A stretch of 64,000 nucleotides of DNA from Macrostomum hystrix. Taxonomy: Eukaryota; Animalia; Platyhelminthes. Positions 36,164 through 48,900 of the stretch are shown here, in pieces. Position numbers and translations under genes: made by a program. A model generated the notes under the pieces. That model was not told where the DNA came from. It ran no database searches and was given only the letters and a program-made list of their open reading frames with translations. Each line of letters starts with the position of its first letter. The stretch's first letter is position 1. The stretch covers positions 13,454,001 to 13,518,000 of the forward strand of contig CATNEN010000039.1 in the NCBI GenBank assembly GCA_950097015.1, written 5' to 3'.

Positions 36164-39100
36164 ATGGCCTCGGATCCATCTGTGCAGCGGCGCCAGCAGT
36201 TGCAGCCGAATCGGCATTATTCGCGAGATTCAGCTGAGATGCGCATTGCTGGCCAGTATGAACTGCAGCACACAATTGGTCGGGGCCATTTCGCTGTTGT
36301 TAAACTGGCTAGGCACGTGTTTACTGGCGAACAGGTGGCTGTTAAAGTAATTGACAAAGCTAAACTAGACTCGTCCAATAGAGAGAGCCTATACCAGGAG
36401 GTGATGTGCATGAAGCTAGTTCAGCATCCTAATGTTGTCCGCCTGTATGACGTTATTGACACTCCAAATAAGCTCTACCTCATTCTGGAACTCGGTGACG
36501 GCGGCGACTTGTACGATTTCATAGTGCGCCAGGACGGTAATAGCGGCCTGCGCGAGTCCCTAGCTAAAAGCTTCTTTCATCAGATAGTCACCGCCATCGC
36601 CTATTGTCACCGGCTGCACGTGTGTCATCGCGATCTCAAACTAGAAAACTGCGTCGTATTCGAAAGACTTGGAGTTGTTAAATTAACAGATTTCGGCTTT
36701 TCCAACGTGTTCACGCCGGGGAAATATTTGGAAACTTCCTGCGGTTCGCTGGCTTATTCGGCGCCGGAAATCCTATTGGGTGATTCCTACGATGCGCCTA
36801 AAGTTGACGTTTGGTCGCTAGGTGAGTCGCTAAGATTCTAAAGTTTAATTAATTAAAGTGATCTTCGTCATTAAAAACGATCAGTCATGATCTTGGTCAT
36901 TAAAAAACGACCAGTCATGATCTTGGTCATTAAAAAACGATCAATCATGATCTTGATCATTAAAAAACGACCAGTCATGATCTTGGTCATTAAAAAACGA
37001 TCAATCATGATCTTAGTCATTAAAAAACGATCGGTCACGATCTAGGTCATTAAAAACGATCAGTCATGATCTAGATCGTTTTATAGACAATAAGTCATGA
37101 TCTATGTCTTTTCAGGACGATCAGTCATGATCTATGTCTTTTTCAAGACGATCAGTCATGATCTCGGTCATTTTATAAACAAAAAGTCATGATATAGGTC
37201 ATTTTAAAGACAATCAGTGTTGCTCTAAGGTCATTTTAAAGACAATCAGTGATGATATAGGTCATTTTCAAGACAATCAGTCATGATCTACGTCATTTAA
37301 AAGACAATCAGTGTTGATCCAGGTCGTTTTAAAGACAATCAGTGATGATCTAGGTCGTTTTAAAGACAATCAGTGATGATCTAGGTCGTTTTAAAGACAA
37401 TCAGTGTTGATCCAGGTCGTTTTAAATACAATCAGTGTTGATCCAGGTCGTTTTAAAGACAATCAGTGTTGATCCAGGTCGTTTTAAAGACAATCAGTGA
37501 TGATCTAGGTCGTTTTAAAGACAATCAGTGTTGATCCAGGTCGTTTTAAATACAATCAGTGTTGATCCAGGTCGTTTTAAAGACAATCAGTGTTGATCCA
37601 GGTCGTTTTAAAGACAATCAGTGATGATCTAGGTCGTTTTAAATACAATCAGTGATGATCTAGGTCGTTTTAAAGACAATCAGTGATTATCTAGATCATT
37701 TTAAAAACAATCAGTGATGATCTAGGTCATTTTAAAAACAATCAGTGATGATGTAGGTCATTTTAAAGACAGTCGGTGATGATCTATGTCATATTTAAAC
37801 AGTCAAGATCATCGCATGCTGAACTAGGCGAGGATTAGTTAATTTTATTGATAAATAAAGTTTCCAAGTTATATTATGTACAAAATTGTGTCTGTTTTAT
37901 CTGTTTATCTTTAAAATCAATCTCCCATTGTCAGGTGTTATCCTCTTCATGCTGGTGTCGGGTCGGCTGCCATTTCAAGAGCCAAACGACTCAGAGACCC
38001 TGGCTCGCATAATGGACGTGCGCTATAAAGCGCCAAAGAACGTGTCCGACCAATGCCGCAGCCTCATTAACCGGCTATTGCAGCGCGACCCGGCCAAACG
38101 GCCCGGATTGGACGGCATCCTGGCCGATGATTGGTTCGCGGATGTACAGCATAGCGTGTACGACGAGAGGCCGCTAATTAGCTTGGGCCGAATCAGCCAG
38201 GCTGATCAGCAGGAGGTCATTACCAAAATGGTGAGGAAATGCGTTCAATTAGTTGCGATTCAATCACAGCTCTTCTCTAAACTGTAGGGACAGTTCCCTC
38301 CCTAAAGACCTCCCTATACAGCTCCCTCCCTCCCTGTATAAAACTCTACGGTAAATCCACTGTTGATGTACATTCTGGACTAAATTTCTAGCCAATCACA
38401 GCTCTTAAATACCCTAGTGTACATATTCCCTTACCTAACTGTACACCAACAGGTTGACGGCGGCCTAGCCACGGAGCAGGAGATTCTGGAAGCTCTACAA
38501 CGAGACGATTACAGCTACATAACTTCCACATTTTATCTGCTAGCTGAGCGGCTTATCAAACGCAGCTTAGCTTCTCCGGCTGCGGGCTCTTCGGCGCGCC
38601 ACCTCCTGCTCCAGCACCAGCAGCATCAGAATCAAAGGAAATCATCGGATCCTTCTGCTAGCCTAACACCTGGCGAGGGCAGCGGCGGCAGCAGTCGACA
38701 GTCTTCTTCGGCTTCGCTCAGCGTTGAAGAGAAACTGCGCCGATTCTCCATGATCATCGAGGAGGAGGACGACGACGTGGCTTGCTTAGAAGAGGCCGCC
38801 GCGGCCTCCGGCACGCCGCCGGTTCGTCTGCAGTCGCCGCAGTTCAGCGGCAGCGGCGCGGGCCGGCTGTCCAGCCTGTCTGGCCTGGCCGCGCTCTGCG
38901 ATCCGATCCGCGAGGAGGAGACTGGCGAAGGCGGCGTCCTGCAGATTCCAACGGCCGGCGACCAGCAGCAGCAGCAGCCGGCATCTTCGTTGTCTTCGTC
39001 GGCCCTGTTCCCAGGATTGGCGCATCCGCTAGGAGGCATCGGCGGCGGCGGCGGCGGCGGATCGTCGACCTCTTCGCAGAAGCGACGCTCCAGCGTGGCC

Positions 39101-40030
39101 AGGGAGAGCAGCTTCTCCCTGAGCTCGCTGGCTTCGAGTTTGCGCTCACTGTCTTCCCAGCGGGCCGTTGTTGACCTAATGCGCGACCTCGGCTGCGCCA
39201 GTCCCAATGGTGCTGGTAGTAAGCAGAACTCCTGCGTGTTTTATCCCAGCTCCGTTGTTGTCAACGCCTCCAATGCGCTGGCGACCGCTGCGACTGTTTC
39301 TGTGGCCATCACCGCCCCGGTGGCCTCAACAGACGAAGTTGATCTCGAAGAGGAAGCCGATGAGATCAACGCCGGCTTGGAAGATCATTCCGAGGAAGAT
39401 GCTGAGCACGCAGATAATGCTGGCATTGATGCATCGCATACTACTGCTGCTGCTCGCGGCGACAGTAGCAGCAGCGGCAATAGTAAGACTAGAAAATCGG
39501 ACGATACTTTACGTCGTTCCGGCCTCAGTGGTCACATAAATCAGTGCGTGACGCTTAGCTCTGAAGAAATTCACGTGTCTGACAGTAGCTCTTCCACACA
39601 GTCTCAGCATCAACGGAAGCAACAGCAGCAGCCGCTGCCACAGCGCAGACAGCAACAACAGCAGCATCGGCGATCTCATTGTAGCTCAAACTCTGGCAGT
39701 TCCAGACAGCGAAAACAACTGGCACGTCTATCCCAAGGATTGCACTCGCACTATCAGCAGCAGCAGCAGCAGCAGCAGCAGCACAGATCTTTAGAAATTA
39801 GTACGAGTAGAAGCTCGTCTACTGGCCGAAACTCGCGCAACCAATGGCAGCAGCATCAGCAGCATCAGCATCAGCAGCAAGCTAGCTCCAGGCAAGACAG
39901 CGGGTTTACTATATCAGCTGCAGCCGGTAATACTTCCAGTTCCTGTAGGAACAGTAACAATAATAACAGTCACAGCGGCCGCAAGGTGTCGACCGAAAAG
40001 TTTAGAGTTCGTTGTTGTACAATCAGCTGA
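36164..40030 (+). CDS. SNRK: SNF-related serine/threonine kinase, 3 exons, ~843 aa
   Basis: Exons 36164-36821, 37935-38230, 38453-40030. [38 protein letters not shown]; HRDLK; DFGFSN; [30 protein letters not shown]; [12 protein letters not shown]; UBA-like [14 protein letters not shown]; low-complexity tail ending RCCTIS*. Confidence 0.93.
36865..37800. repeat. 30-bp minisatellite (TAAAGACAATCAGTGATGATCTAGGTCGTTT-like), SNRK intron 1
   Basis: Tandem array with gradual unit drift. Confidence 0.9.
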
Positions 40031-40314
40031 CCGAATGATGACATTTTGTTCCGCATTAACTGTTTTGGAAAAGCCAATAAGCAGCACAATAGCAATTAGG
40101 ACGATTGAAAAAAAATCTATTTCTTCTGTTATTAGAGAAATGTTGTTTTTGTTCCGCTTTTACTAACTGAAAATCTCTAATTCTAATCAGACTATTGATA
40201 CACCTGGGAATAATAATCATGACTCTTATAACTGTTACTAAGGATTCTTATTTTTTAAACAAATTTGAATTAAAATTAATAACTTTATAGAAAAATTTTA
40301 ACTATAACTAAATT

Positions 40315-40475
40315 GCATCTGAAGGCTGCGTACTGCTGTTCAGTCCATGGACTGGGGGGGACGCCACACCTACCCTCAATCACCCCTTGATATAAAGGTT
40401 CCAAACAGTTCCTGTGGTGTCGGGTATCGAACCCCCGACCTTCAAGTCGTGAGCTACTCAATTTCAACCGCTAAT
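40315..40475 (-). mobile_element. tRNA-derived SINE, family B fragment
   Basis: GCATCTGAAGGCTGCGTAC..CTGTTCAGTCCATGGACTGG shared with 48835-48880; B-box GGTTCGATACC on the minus strand. Confidence 0.65.
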
Positions 40476-40596
40476 TAAAAATCACGTGAATGCCTCAGGC
40501 ATGCTCAGGGTGCCAGTGTGAGCGTGAGACAAGTCTGATTCTCATCCTGTAATATACTACTGACCGGTAGTTGTCTCAGAAAGTGTTATTCTAGAT

Positions 40597-41013
40597 CAGG
40601 GGTAGGCAAACTTATTAGCTGGCGGGCCAAAGAGAGAGCCTAAAAGACGACAGCGGGCCGCATTGACTGTATAAATATGAGATAGGGGAGAGATGAGACA
40701 CAGGAAAGATGGGACACGAGAGAGATGAGACACGGGAGAGATAAGACAGGGAAGAGATTAGACACGGGAGAGATTACACGGGGGAGATTAGATACGGGAG
40801 AGATGAGACACGGGAGAGATAAGATAGGGAAGAGATTAGACACGGGAGAAATTAGACACGGGAGAGATTAGATACGAGAGCGATGAGACACGGGAGAGAT
40901 TAGACACGAGAGAGATGAAACAGGACACTGTAGATGTCAGAAGGGGCAACGGGCCGGATTTGGGAGCTTCGAGGGCCGCATCTGGCCCGCGGGCCGGAGT
41001 TTGCCGACCCCTG
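40597..41013 (-). mobile_element. hAT MITE, second copy (inverted, shorter internal 16-bp array)
   Basis: TIRs CAGGGGTAGGCAAACT / AGTTTGCCGACCCCTG; TSD TTCTAGAT / TTCTAGAA; colinear with 13618-14448. Confidence 0.9.
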
Positions 41014-41579
41014 TTCTAGAAAATTTTCTTTTGCAGAATAATTTTAAGTGTGACTAAATGTAATAAACGAATTTTTTTGTTATTTTACAGTAAATCAGTA
41101 CATCTATCTGCAGTCTCAGGTTATACTGTCAATATGAGACATTTATAGATTGATCTAACTAATCAATTGTTGTTTTAAGTGCGTTACTCATCGCCTTGTA
41201 CCTGAAATCTCTATCAAGCTGAGTCACTTAAGCGCCTTTTTTGCACAGACTAAAGCTTTTTTTGAAATCTGCATTGCACGTTTTCTTAAGTATCAAATTT
41301 ATCCTTCTCGGAATAGTTTGTACTTCTAGGACATGTCCTGATTTCGTTTATTGTTCTTTTGCTGTTTTTTTTCTGAACTAAAGCATTCAGTAAGTTAAAT
41401 TGTTAATGTCTTAAAGATAAGAAAGTTTTTCACTTTCTTTCTCTTTTTAGTTTTCTGAAATGAAAAGCGAATTAATCCAGGTTTATTATGTGGATCGTTT
41501 TTTCAGATATTTGCTGTTCATGATTCGTTATAAATATTTTTTAGATTTGTTTTGAGTCGTTTTTTTGTCTCAATTCATA

Positions 41580-42165
41580 TGAGACTAGATGGTCTGGGAT
41601 GAGACTGGATGGTCTGGGATGAGACTGGATGGTCTGGGATGAGACTGGATGGTCTGGGATGAGACTGGATGGTCTGGGATGAGACTGGATGGTCTGGGAT
41701 GAGACTGGATGGTCTGGGATGAGACTGGATGGTCTGGGATGAGACTGGATGGTCTGGGATGAGACTGGATGGTCTGGGATGGGACTAGATGGTCTGGGAT
41801 GGGACTAGATGGTCTGGGATGGGACTAAATGGTCTGGGACGGGACTAGATGGTCTGGGATGGGACTAGATGGTCTGGGATGGGACTAAATGGTCTGGGAC
41901 GGGACTAGATGGTCTGGGATGGGACTAGATGGTCTGGGATGGGACTAGACGGTCTGGGATGGGACTAGATGGTCTGGGATGGGACTAGATGGTCTGGGAT
42001 GAGACTAGATGGTCTGGGATGGGACTAGATGGTCTGGGATGGGACTTGATGGTCTGGGACGGGACTAGACGGTCTGGGATGGGACTAGATGGTCTTCGAT
42101 GGGACTAGATGGTCTGGGATAGGCCTAGATGGTCTGGGATGGGACTAGATGGTCTGGGATGAGAT
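41580..42165. repeat. 20-bp minisatellite (GGGACTAGATGGTCTGGGAT), intergenic
   Basis: Tandem array with blocks of variants. Confidence 0.95.
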
Positions 42166-42982
42166 AGACTAGTGACAACCTAAATGGTGATATTGAATGT
42201 GAGTAAACGCGGTTACCATGGCAACATATTTTGTCGCAATCCTCGTATAAACATTGACATCGTGCTAATAAATAAGTGAAACAGTTCCGGACAATTAATG
42301 ACCTGATTGACCTTGTTGATCTCATTAAAGTCTTGTTTAAAAGCATCTGTTTGTTTTATTTTGCGTAGAACTTTTTTGAATTGTACTTTCCTATACTCTT
42401 GAGGCTCGCAATGTCATCCTTGCTGATTAATTTCAGTTTTCTTGTTATTGCTTCATGTTCTTTTTTAGTTTTGACACTTTACTCAATTAAGATGCCGGCT
42501 AGTGTTTTTTCAAACTCAATTAGTAAAAACATACTCTCTGAAATATTAACTCTAATAACACTACTATTGATGATAGTAGTATAAGATTATGTTTATGGCA
42601 AATAAATCAAAACCTTTTTATAAGAATAAAGTTTGTAAGAATTTTGAGTACATAGATTGCATATATATATATATACATACATATACTAAAATATATTTAC
42701 AATATAAGTATTTGCTAAGCGGTAATGTTTTTATTACTTCTAACTGCCAAATTTGGTCAATGTCTTTTTATTTCATTTCTATAAAAAAATTAAAGTCTAG
42801 ACGGTGGGAAAGTCTATTTCATACCGAAAATATCTGTCAAACTAATGGCAATAAATTGTGCACTTTTATTGCAGATTCGCCAAAGTAGCTAGAACAGAAC
42901 CTATTCAAAACTGCAAAGGTCAGTGTGTTGTCAGCCAATCATCGATTTAGACAACTAAGAACAAGAAGCCGACAGGAAATTC

Positions 42983-45900
42983 ATGGAAGAGGTGAAGTGC
43001 TTCCTAATTGGCGTTAAAGCTAGCGGTTCCTCGGTGCCAACTAGACTTGTGCTCGCCGTTTGCGACGCCCTGACTGATAATTGTGAGTCCCAGGAGTAGT
43101 TAAAGGTCGGGGGTTCGATTCTCAGACCAAGGGAGAATCTCCTGTTTAGTGCTTCAGTTTATCCAGCTGTCATTTGCAATTTGCGTGGCTGTGATAGCCT
43201 TTCCTAAGTCCATGGACTGAAATCTGTACACTACCGTTGGATAGCTGCGGCTGTGCAAATAGCTGTGCCTCTGACCGAACTGGGCTAGGGTGTCATTTCT
43301 ATCTATTTGGGTATCTATTCTAATAAAAATAATTGCGCAATTGCAATGGCTGTCGGCAATCGCACGTTATAAGGCAATTCTTCCCATTTCGCTGACTCCT
43401 GAGCACACACGCACGCAGATAACAAAGATGTCTATATCTGCCCTGACTTTCTCATCGTCAGGCAGTGTGCACTTTCACTGTGCGTTGGAGGTTTGGCCTT
43501 TGAGAATATAAATTGCACGAATAGCCCCTAAGCCTTCTTGAGCTGTCAGCTGATGTTTTCAAGGTGTCAGCTGATGTTTTCAAGGTGTCAGCTGATGTTT
43601 TCAAGGTTTCAGCCGATGTTTTCAAGGTGTCAGCCGATGTTTTCAAGGTGTCAGCTGATGTTTTCAAGGTGTCAGCTGATGTTTTCAAGGTGTCAGCCGA
43701 TGTTTTCAAGGTGTCAGCTGATGTTTTCAAGGTGTCAGCCGATGTTTTCAAGGTGTCAGCTGATGTTTTCAAGGTGTCAGCTGATGTTTTCAAGGTGTCA
43801 GCTGATGTTTTCAAGGTGTCAGCCGATGTTTTCAAGGTGTCAGCTGATGTTTTCAAGGTGTCAGCTGATGCTTTCAAGGTGTCAGCTGATGTTTTCAAGG
43901 TGTCAGCTGATGTTTTCAAGGTGTCAGCTGATGCTTTCAAGGTGTCAGCTGATGTTTTCAAGGTGTCAGCTGATGCTTTCAATGTGTCAGCTGATGTTTT
44001 CAAGGTGTCAGCTGATGTTTTCAAGGTGTCAGCTGATGTTTTCAAGGTGTCAGCTGATGTTTTCAAGGTGTCAGCTGATGCTTTCAATGTGTCAGCTGAT
44101 GTTTTCAAGGTGTCAGCTGATGTTTTCAAGGTGTCAGCTGATGTTTTCAATGTGTCAGCTGATGTTTTCAAGGTGTCAGCTGATGTTTTCAAGGTGTCAG
44201 CTGATGCTTTCAATGTGTCAGCTGATGCTTTCAATGTGTCAGCTGATGTTTTCAAGGTGTCAGCTGATGTTTTCAATCAGAGTTGGTTGTACGTATATGC
44301 AGCACAAAGTCCCATTGTTCCCACCAACCCAGGCATTCCGGATGCGGCCCTGAATGCATTCTTCAAGCACGCCTCGCCTCTCAGTGTCCATTATCCAAAT
44401 GGCAGCAGACGAAGGGCGGCTTTGTTGCGACTGTTCAGCCGACTGCAGTCGACTCATTCGGCAGCTATTGAGCACTGTCACATTTTCTGCTCAGATTTGG
44501 AACGCTTCTATGCCGGACCAACGGCAAGGTATGCTAATCGGTTAGGTCACTGTTCGTTTATGATAGCCTGGTAGCATAAAATTCCACTTTCCTTCGTCTA
44601 CTGCAGTCAATCTAACGTCAGGGAGACTATATTCTCTTTGCAATGCCTTGTGGCCATTCTTACCGCGGCCGTCGGCTCTCAGCAACAGCAGCAGCAGCTG
44701 CAATTGGGCCCAGCTCGTCAGGCCCTACTATCTGTTGCGGTACTGGCTCAGGGTTATGGCCTAGTTGCTAAGGCCAGCCTGCGGCAGACTTTTCAACGAG
44801 TGATTTGTCGCCTATTCAAGGTTTGGCATTATAATTTTATTCGCTTAGCACAGATTTTAGGACGAATTTAGTAACGAGAATCTAAAATTACCTCATTGAT
44901 TTACTTTTTCTAAACATATCGGCGAGTTGTATTAACAGTTTTTTGCACTGAGTTGTCTAAGCATATCAACTAGTTTAACACTCGGTAAAGGGTAGATATT
45001 TTTCGATACATATCGGCTAGTTTAATTATTTGTTGTAAGTTCTAAGTTCGATTCTGCAGCGATGCCATATTCATTTGGGGGCTTGTCATGCAATTTACGC
45101 CCTAGTAAATTGGGCCAACCTCCAAGTGAGAGAATGCACTACATGATGATGAGAAAGTCAAGGTAGATGTACGTACACACCTGTGTGAGCGCATGCCCGC
45201 GTACTTTATCTGTGTGGTGTGCTCAGGAGTCAGCGGGTCGGCTGTCATTAAATAATGTGCAATTGCGCACAGCCCTCCTGCAATTATTATTATTAAAATA
45301 AAGACTTTCGATACATATAGGCTAGTAGTCTACTCGGATTATTTCTTATACGTATATTTTTCGTTACACATAGGCTTCTAATGCAAACTATATACTCACT
45401 TTGACTCATTCTAGGTACCAATTCTGCGAGCTCTAAGCCTTCAATTAGTAACGGAGCAGAGTCCCAATCCAAGCCTAATCAGCTTCTGCTCACTGCTAGC
45501 CGGGTATCTTCACGAGCATGGCCTAGCTGGAGAAATCACAGACAAAGTGGGTAACAGTGAATACATTGATCATCGATTCATGCTTTATCGGATTGGCCGA
45601 TTTCTTATAAATTAGCCATTCTGTTCCATCGTTACAGTCGGCCTTGCTTAAGCACTACCTGCAGACCTGCTTTGTAACCAAGGAGCCGGTTAGTCAGTTA
45701 CAATTGAATAGTAGCAGGCAGATGGTTCAACTGCTGATTGATAGGCAGCTCTTCTCTGCCGAGGTTCTGCCCTTGATTAAAAAGGCGGTTCTTCGATCGC
45801 CCGAGGTAAATAAAGCGCTGCTAGTAGACTGAATCAATTTTTTATATAATTTATTTCATAATTAAACATATTTATTAATTTAGGATTTAGATGTGCATTA

Positions 45901-48900
45901 GTTTGCGATTTTTTTGTATTGCTTTAGAATTTAGGTTTGTACTTTTAATAATTGGATTTGTACTTTTATTTTTTTCTGTGTATTTTTAGGATTTGGATCT
46001 GTACTTTAGGATTTAATAAAACGTAAAACGTAAAATAAAATTTAATGTGTATACTTAAGAGATTTGGATGTCCACTTTGAGATCTGAAACATGTACTTTA
46101 GATATTTTAAGCCTACTAATTTTTAGATTTCAATAACCCGGTGAAAAATTCGTCCGTTTTTTCGTCTGCTTTTGGATTCTTGTGATGAGAGTAGTGATTT
46201 CAGTTTTTTACAGGGAAAATTTGTTTATGCTATAATAGAATCGCCTTTTTAAAATCTTTCACGCCTATATGCAAACAGGTCGCTCTGCCGGCTGTTTCCA
46301 GCTGCCTGAGTACTCTCAGCGTTGATCTAAGCCAGTACAGCGGAGACCTACTGGACACACTGACCGGACATCTCAGAGCGGAATCTGACAACATTCGCCT
46401 AGGCAGCATCGAGTGCGTAGCCAGCCTCGCTCGCCAGGTAACAGACGGCCAAGTGTTCGTCGACGGCTTAACTAAACGATTATGTAATCTATTGCTAGGC
46501 ACCGAGGCTAAGCTAACAAATCCCAAGCACAAGCTCAGCCTGTTAGCCGCGTGCGCCAGATTGACCACGGCTGCGCCAACCGATGCGGCTAGGCGTGGCT
46601 GCTCCGCTGTGCTGGGCAAAGCTCTGGTCGCCTTTCTGGGCCAGGAGGGTGAGTAGGATGGGATATTATCCTCTCGAATCCCTTGGATGGGATATCATCT
46701 TCACAAATCCCTAAAATTTAATTTAATCTTTCCAGATCCTAAGGATGAGATTATCTGCCAAATCCCTATGATGGATATCATCTTCCCAAATCCCTATGAT
46801 TGGATATCATCTTCCCAAATCCCTATGATTGGATATCATCTTCCCAAATCCCTATGATTGGATATCATCTTCCCAAATCCCTATGATTGGATATCATCTT
46901 CCCAAATCCCTCCTCCTCCTCCTCCTCCTCCTCCTCCTCCACCTCCTCCTCCTCCTCCACCTCCTCCTCCTCCCGGATATATGCTATCCGGGCTAGGATC
47001 CTAGGAAAAATCCCAGTTTTTTGGGAGATCCTCAGGATTGGATAATGTCATCTTGGATCCCCAGATTTATGTCATTGTTCTCCTAAACTCCTAATCCCAA
47101 TGAAATGCATTGCAGCTCAAGAGGCCATCACAGTTGAAGCGCTTTGCCAGCTGCGCGTGTGTCTGCAGAAAATTGACGCCAACGATTTGAAACCAATTGT
47201 GACGGCTCTGCAGGTAACTTAGCATCAGAGATTATATTTTTGTTTCTACCTGGAATCTACCTGGAATGCCTGCCAATTAAATTTCCTAATATTTTTTAAG
47301 GACGGCCTTGCTAAGAAGCTGACGCCGCAGCAGCGCCTACACTATCTGTGGTGCCTCCGTTCCGCCTTTGTCGATCATCCAGTCTCCGGCCTGTTGACGT
47401 CCGTAGCCGCTATGAAAGAGGCTCTAACAAAGGCTGCGTCAGTCGGCATTGGAAATTGCGCACTGGCCCCGGCTCAAATTGCCGTCCTGACGGAAGCTCT
47501 GGCGCCTTGCGAACTCACCCTTCGGCTGCACAGGGAAGGCGCCGCTCCTAGCGACCTATTGGACGCCGCAATGTCCGCCTGCGGCAAGTCGGCCCAGCCG
47601 CCGCTGCTTAGCGAGCCGCTGGCTAGAGCTCTTCGCTCCGGCGGCGCCGTTGCCCGCTGCTGCCTGCCTTCGGCCCTGGCGATTGTGGACTCTCTAATCA
47701 GCGACCATCCAAGCCTGGCCAATGACCCCATGTGTCTTTTCCTAGCCTCGCTGGCTGTATGCGCCAGCTATACCGACGTGCGCTGCGATGCTCTGCGCTG
47801 CGCTAGGCGGCACCTGCAGGTAACACAGGCTTAGTCTCTGAATTTTGATTGACTTATATAATTATATTTAGTGGGTTCCGGTTAATTTTTTGGAATAATG
47901 GATTATTTAGAACTACAATATCAGTAGATTTTGATTACCCCCTTACAATTTGCAGAGTCTTACCGGCCTCTCATTCGGCCGTTCTCTCCTGGTGGCCTGC
48001 AATCAACTGCTGGCGTCCAGTGCTTTAGCTGCCAGCTCATCAGCTGCCGATGGCTCTGCTAGCGAAGCGGCTACTGCCGACGCTGATTCGTCCGCCGCCG
48101 ACTCCGTCGAATCAGCCGTGGCCCTGCACGACCTGATGACGGCCTTCGCCGACCTGGGTCCGCTGAATGGCATCGATCAGGGCTCCGGTGGGCCCGCAGC
48201 TGACCTGCCTGCTCTGCTGCTGCTGCCGTGTCATCACGGCTCCGTGCGTACGCCTGGACTATGGCGCCGGCTGCTATTGAAGCTCTTCGCTGGAGGACCC
48301 GAGCCGACTGTTGACGATCCAGTCGATGTGGCTGCAGCTTCTTGGCAACGGGTGAGCTTCAGATTCGGCCGCTGCAAAAATTTTTCGGCAGCGCCCGGAT
48401 GCTAACTGCATTAGGCGATGGTGTCCAGTGGTTGAGCTGCGCCTAATATTTAGACGTGAAATTAGAGAAATTCGCGTCAGGGTGTCCATAGTGGCCTAGT
48501 TCCACCTGTTGTAGCCATTGAAGGTCCAGTAGCTCGTCTAGATATAGGTAGGTGACCACCGAAGACGTAGATGATGCAGGCACATTCGGGTGGCATGCTG
48601 ATAAATTTTGAAGGCCTGGCAAGGCCGCACTGAGGCGCAGTGCTTGATTATTGTTTCAGAAGATGCGCAACAAGAGTTTGCCCCGTGTTTTTAAGTTTCG
48701 TGAGCTTGCGTTGCTCCATTCGGGTGTAGCCAAAAAAACTATCAGCAGATTTCAACCTAATCAATAATTGATTACACCTGCCCCAATTGGGCCACCCGTG
48801 CAGTCGACAGCACAGCCGCAGCTATTGCGCGGCGCATCTGAAGGCTGCGTACGGCTGTTCAGTCCATGGACTGGTGGGACGCCACACCCTCTTCAATTTA

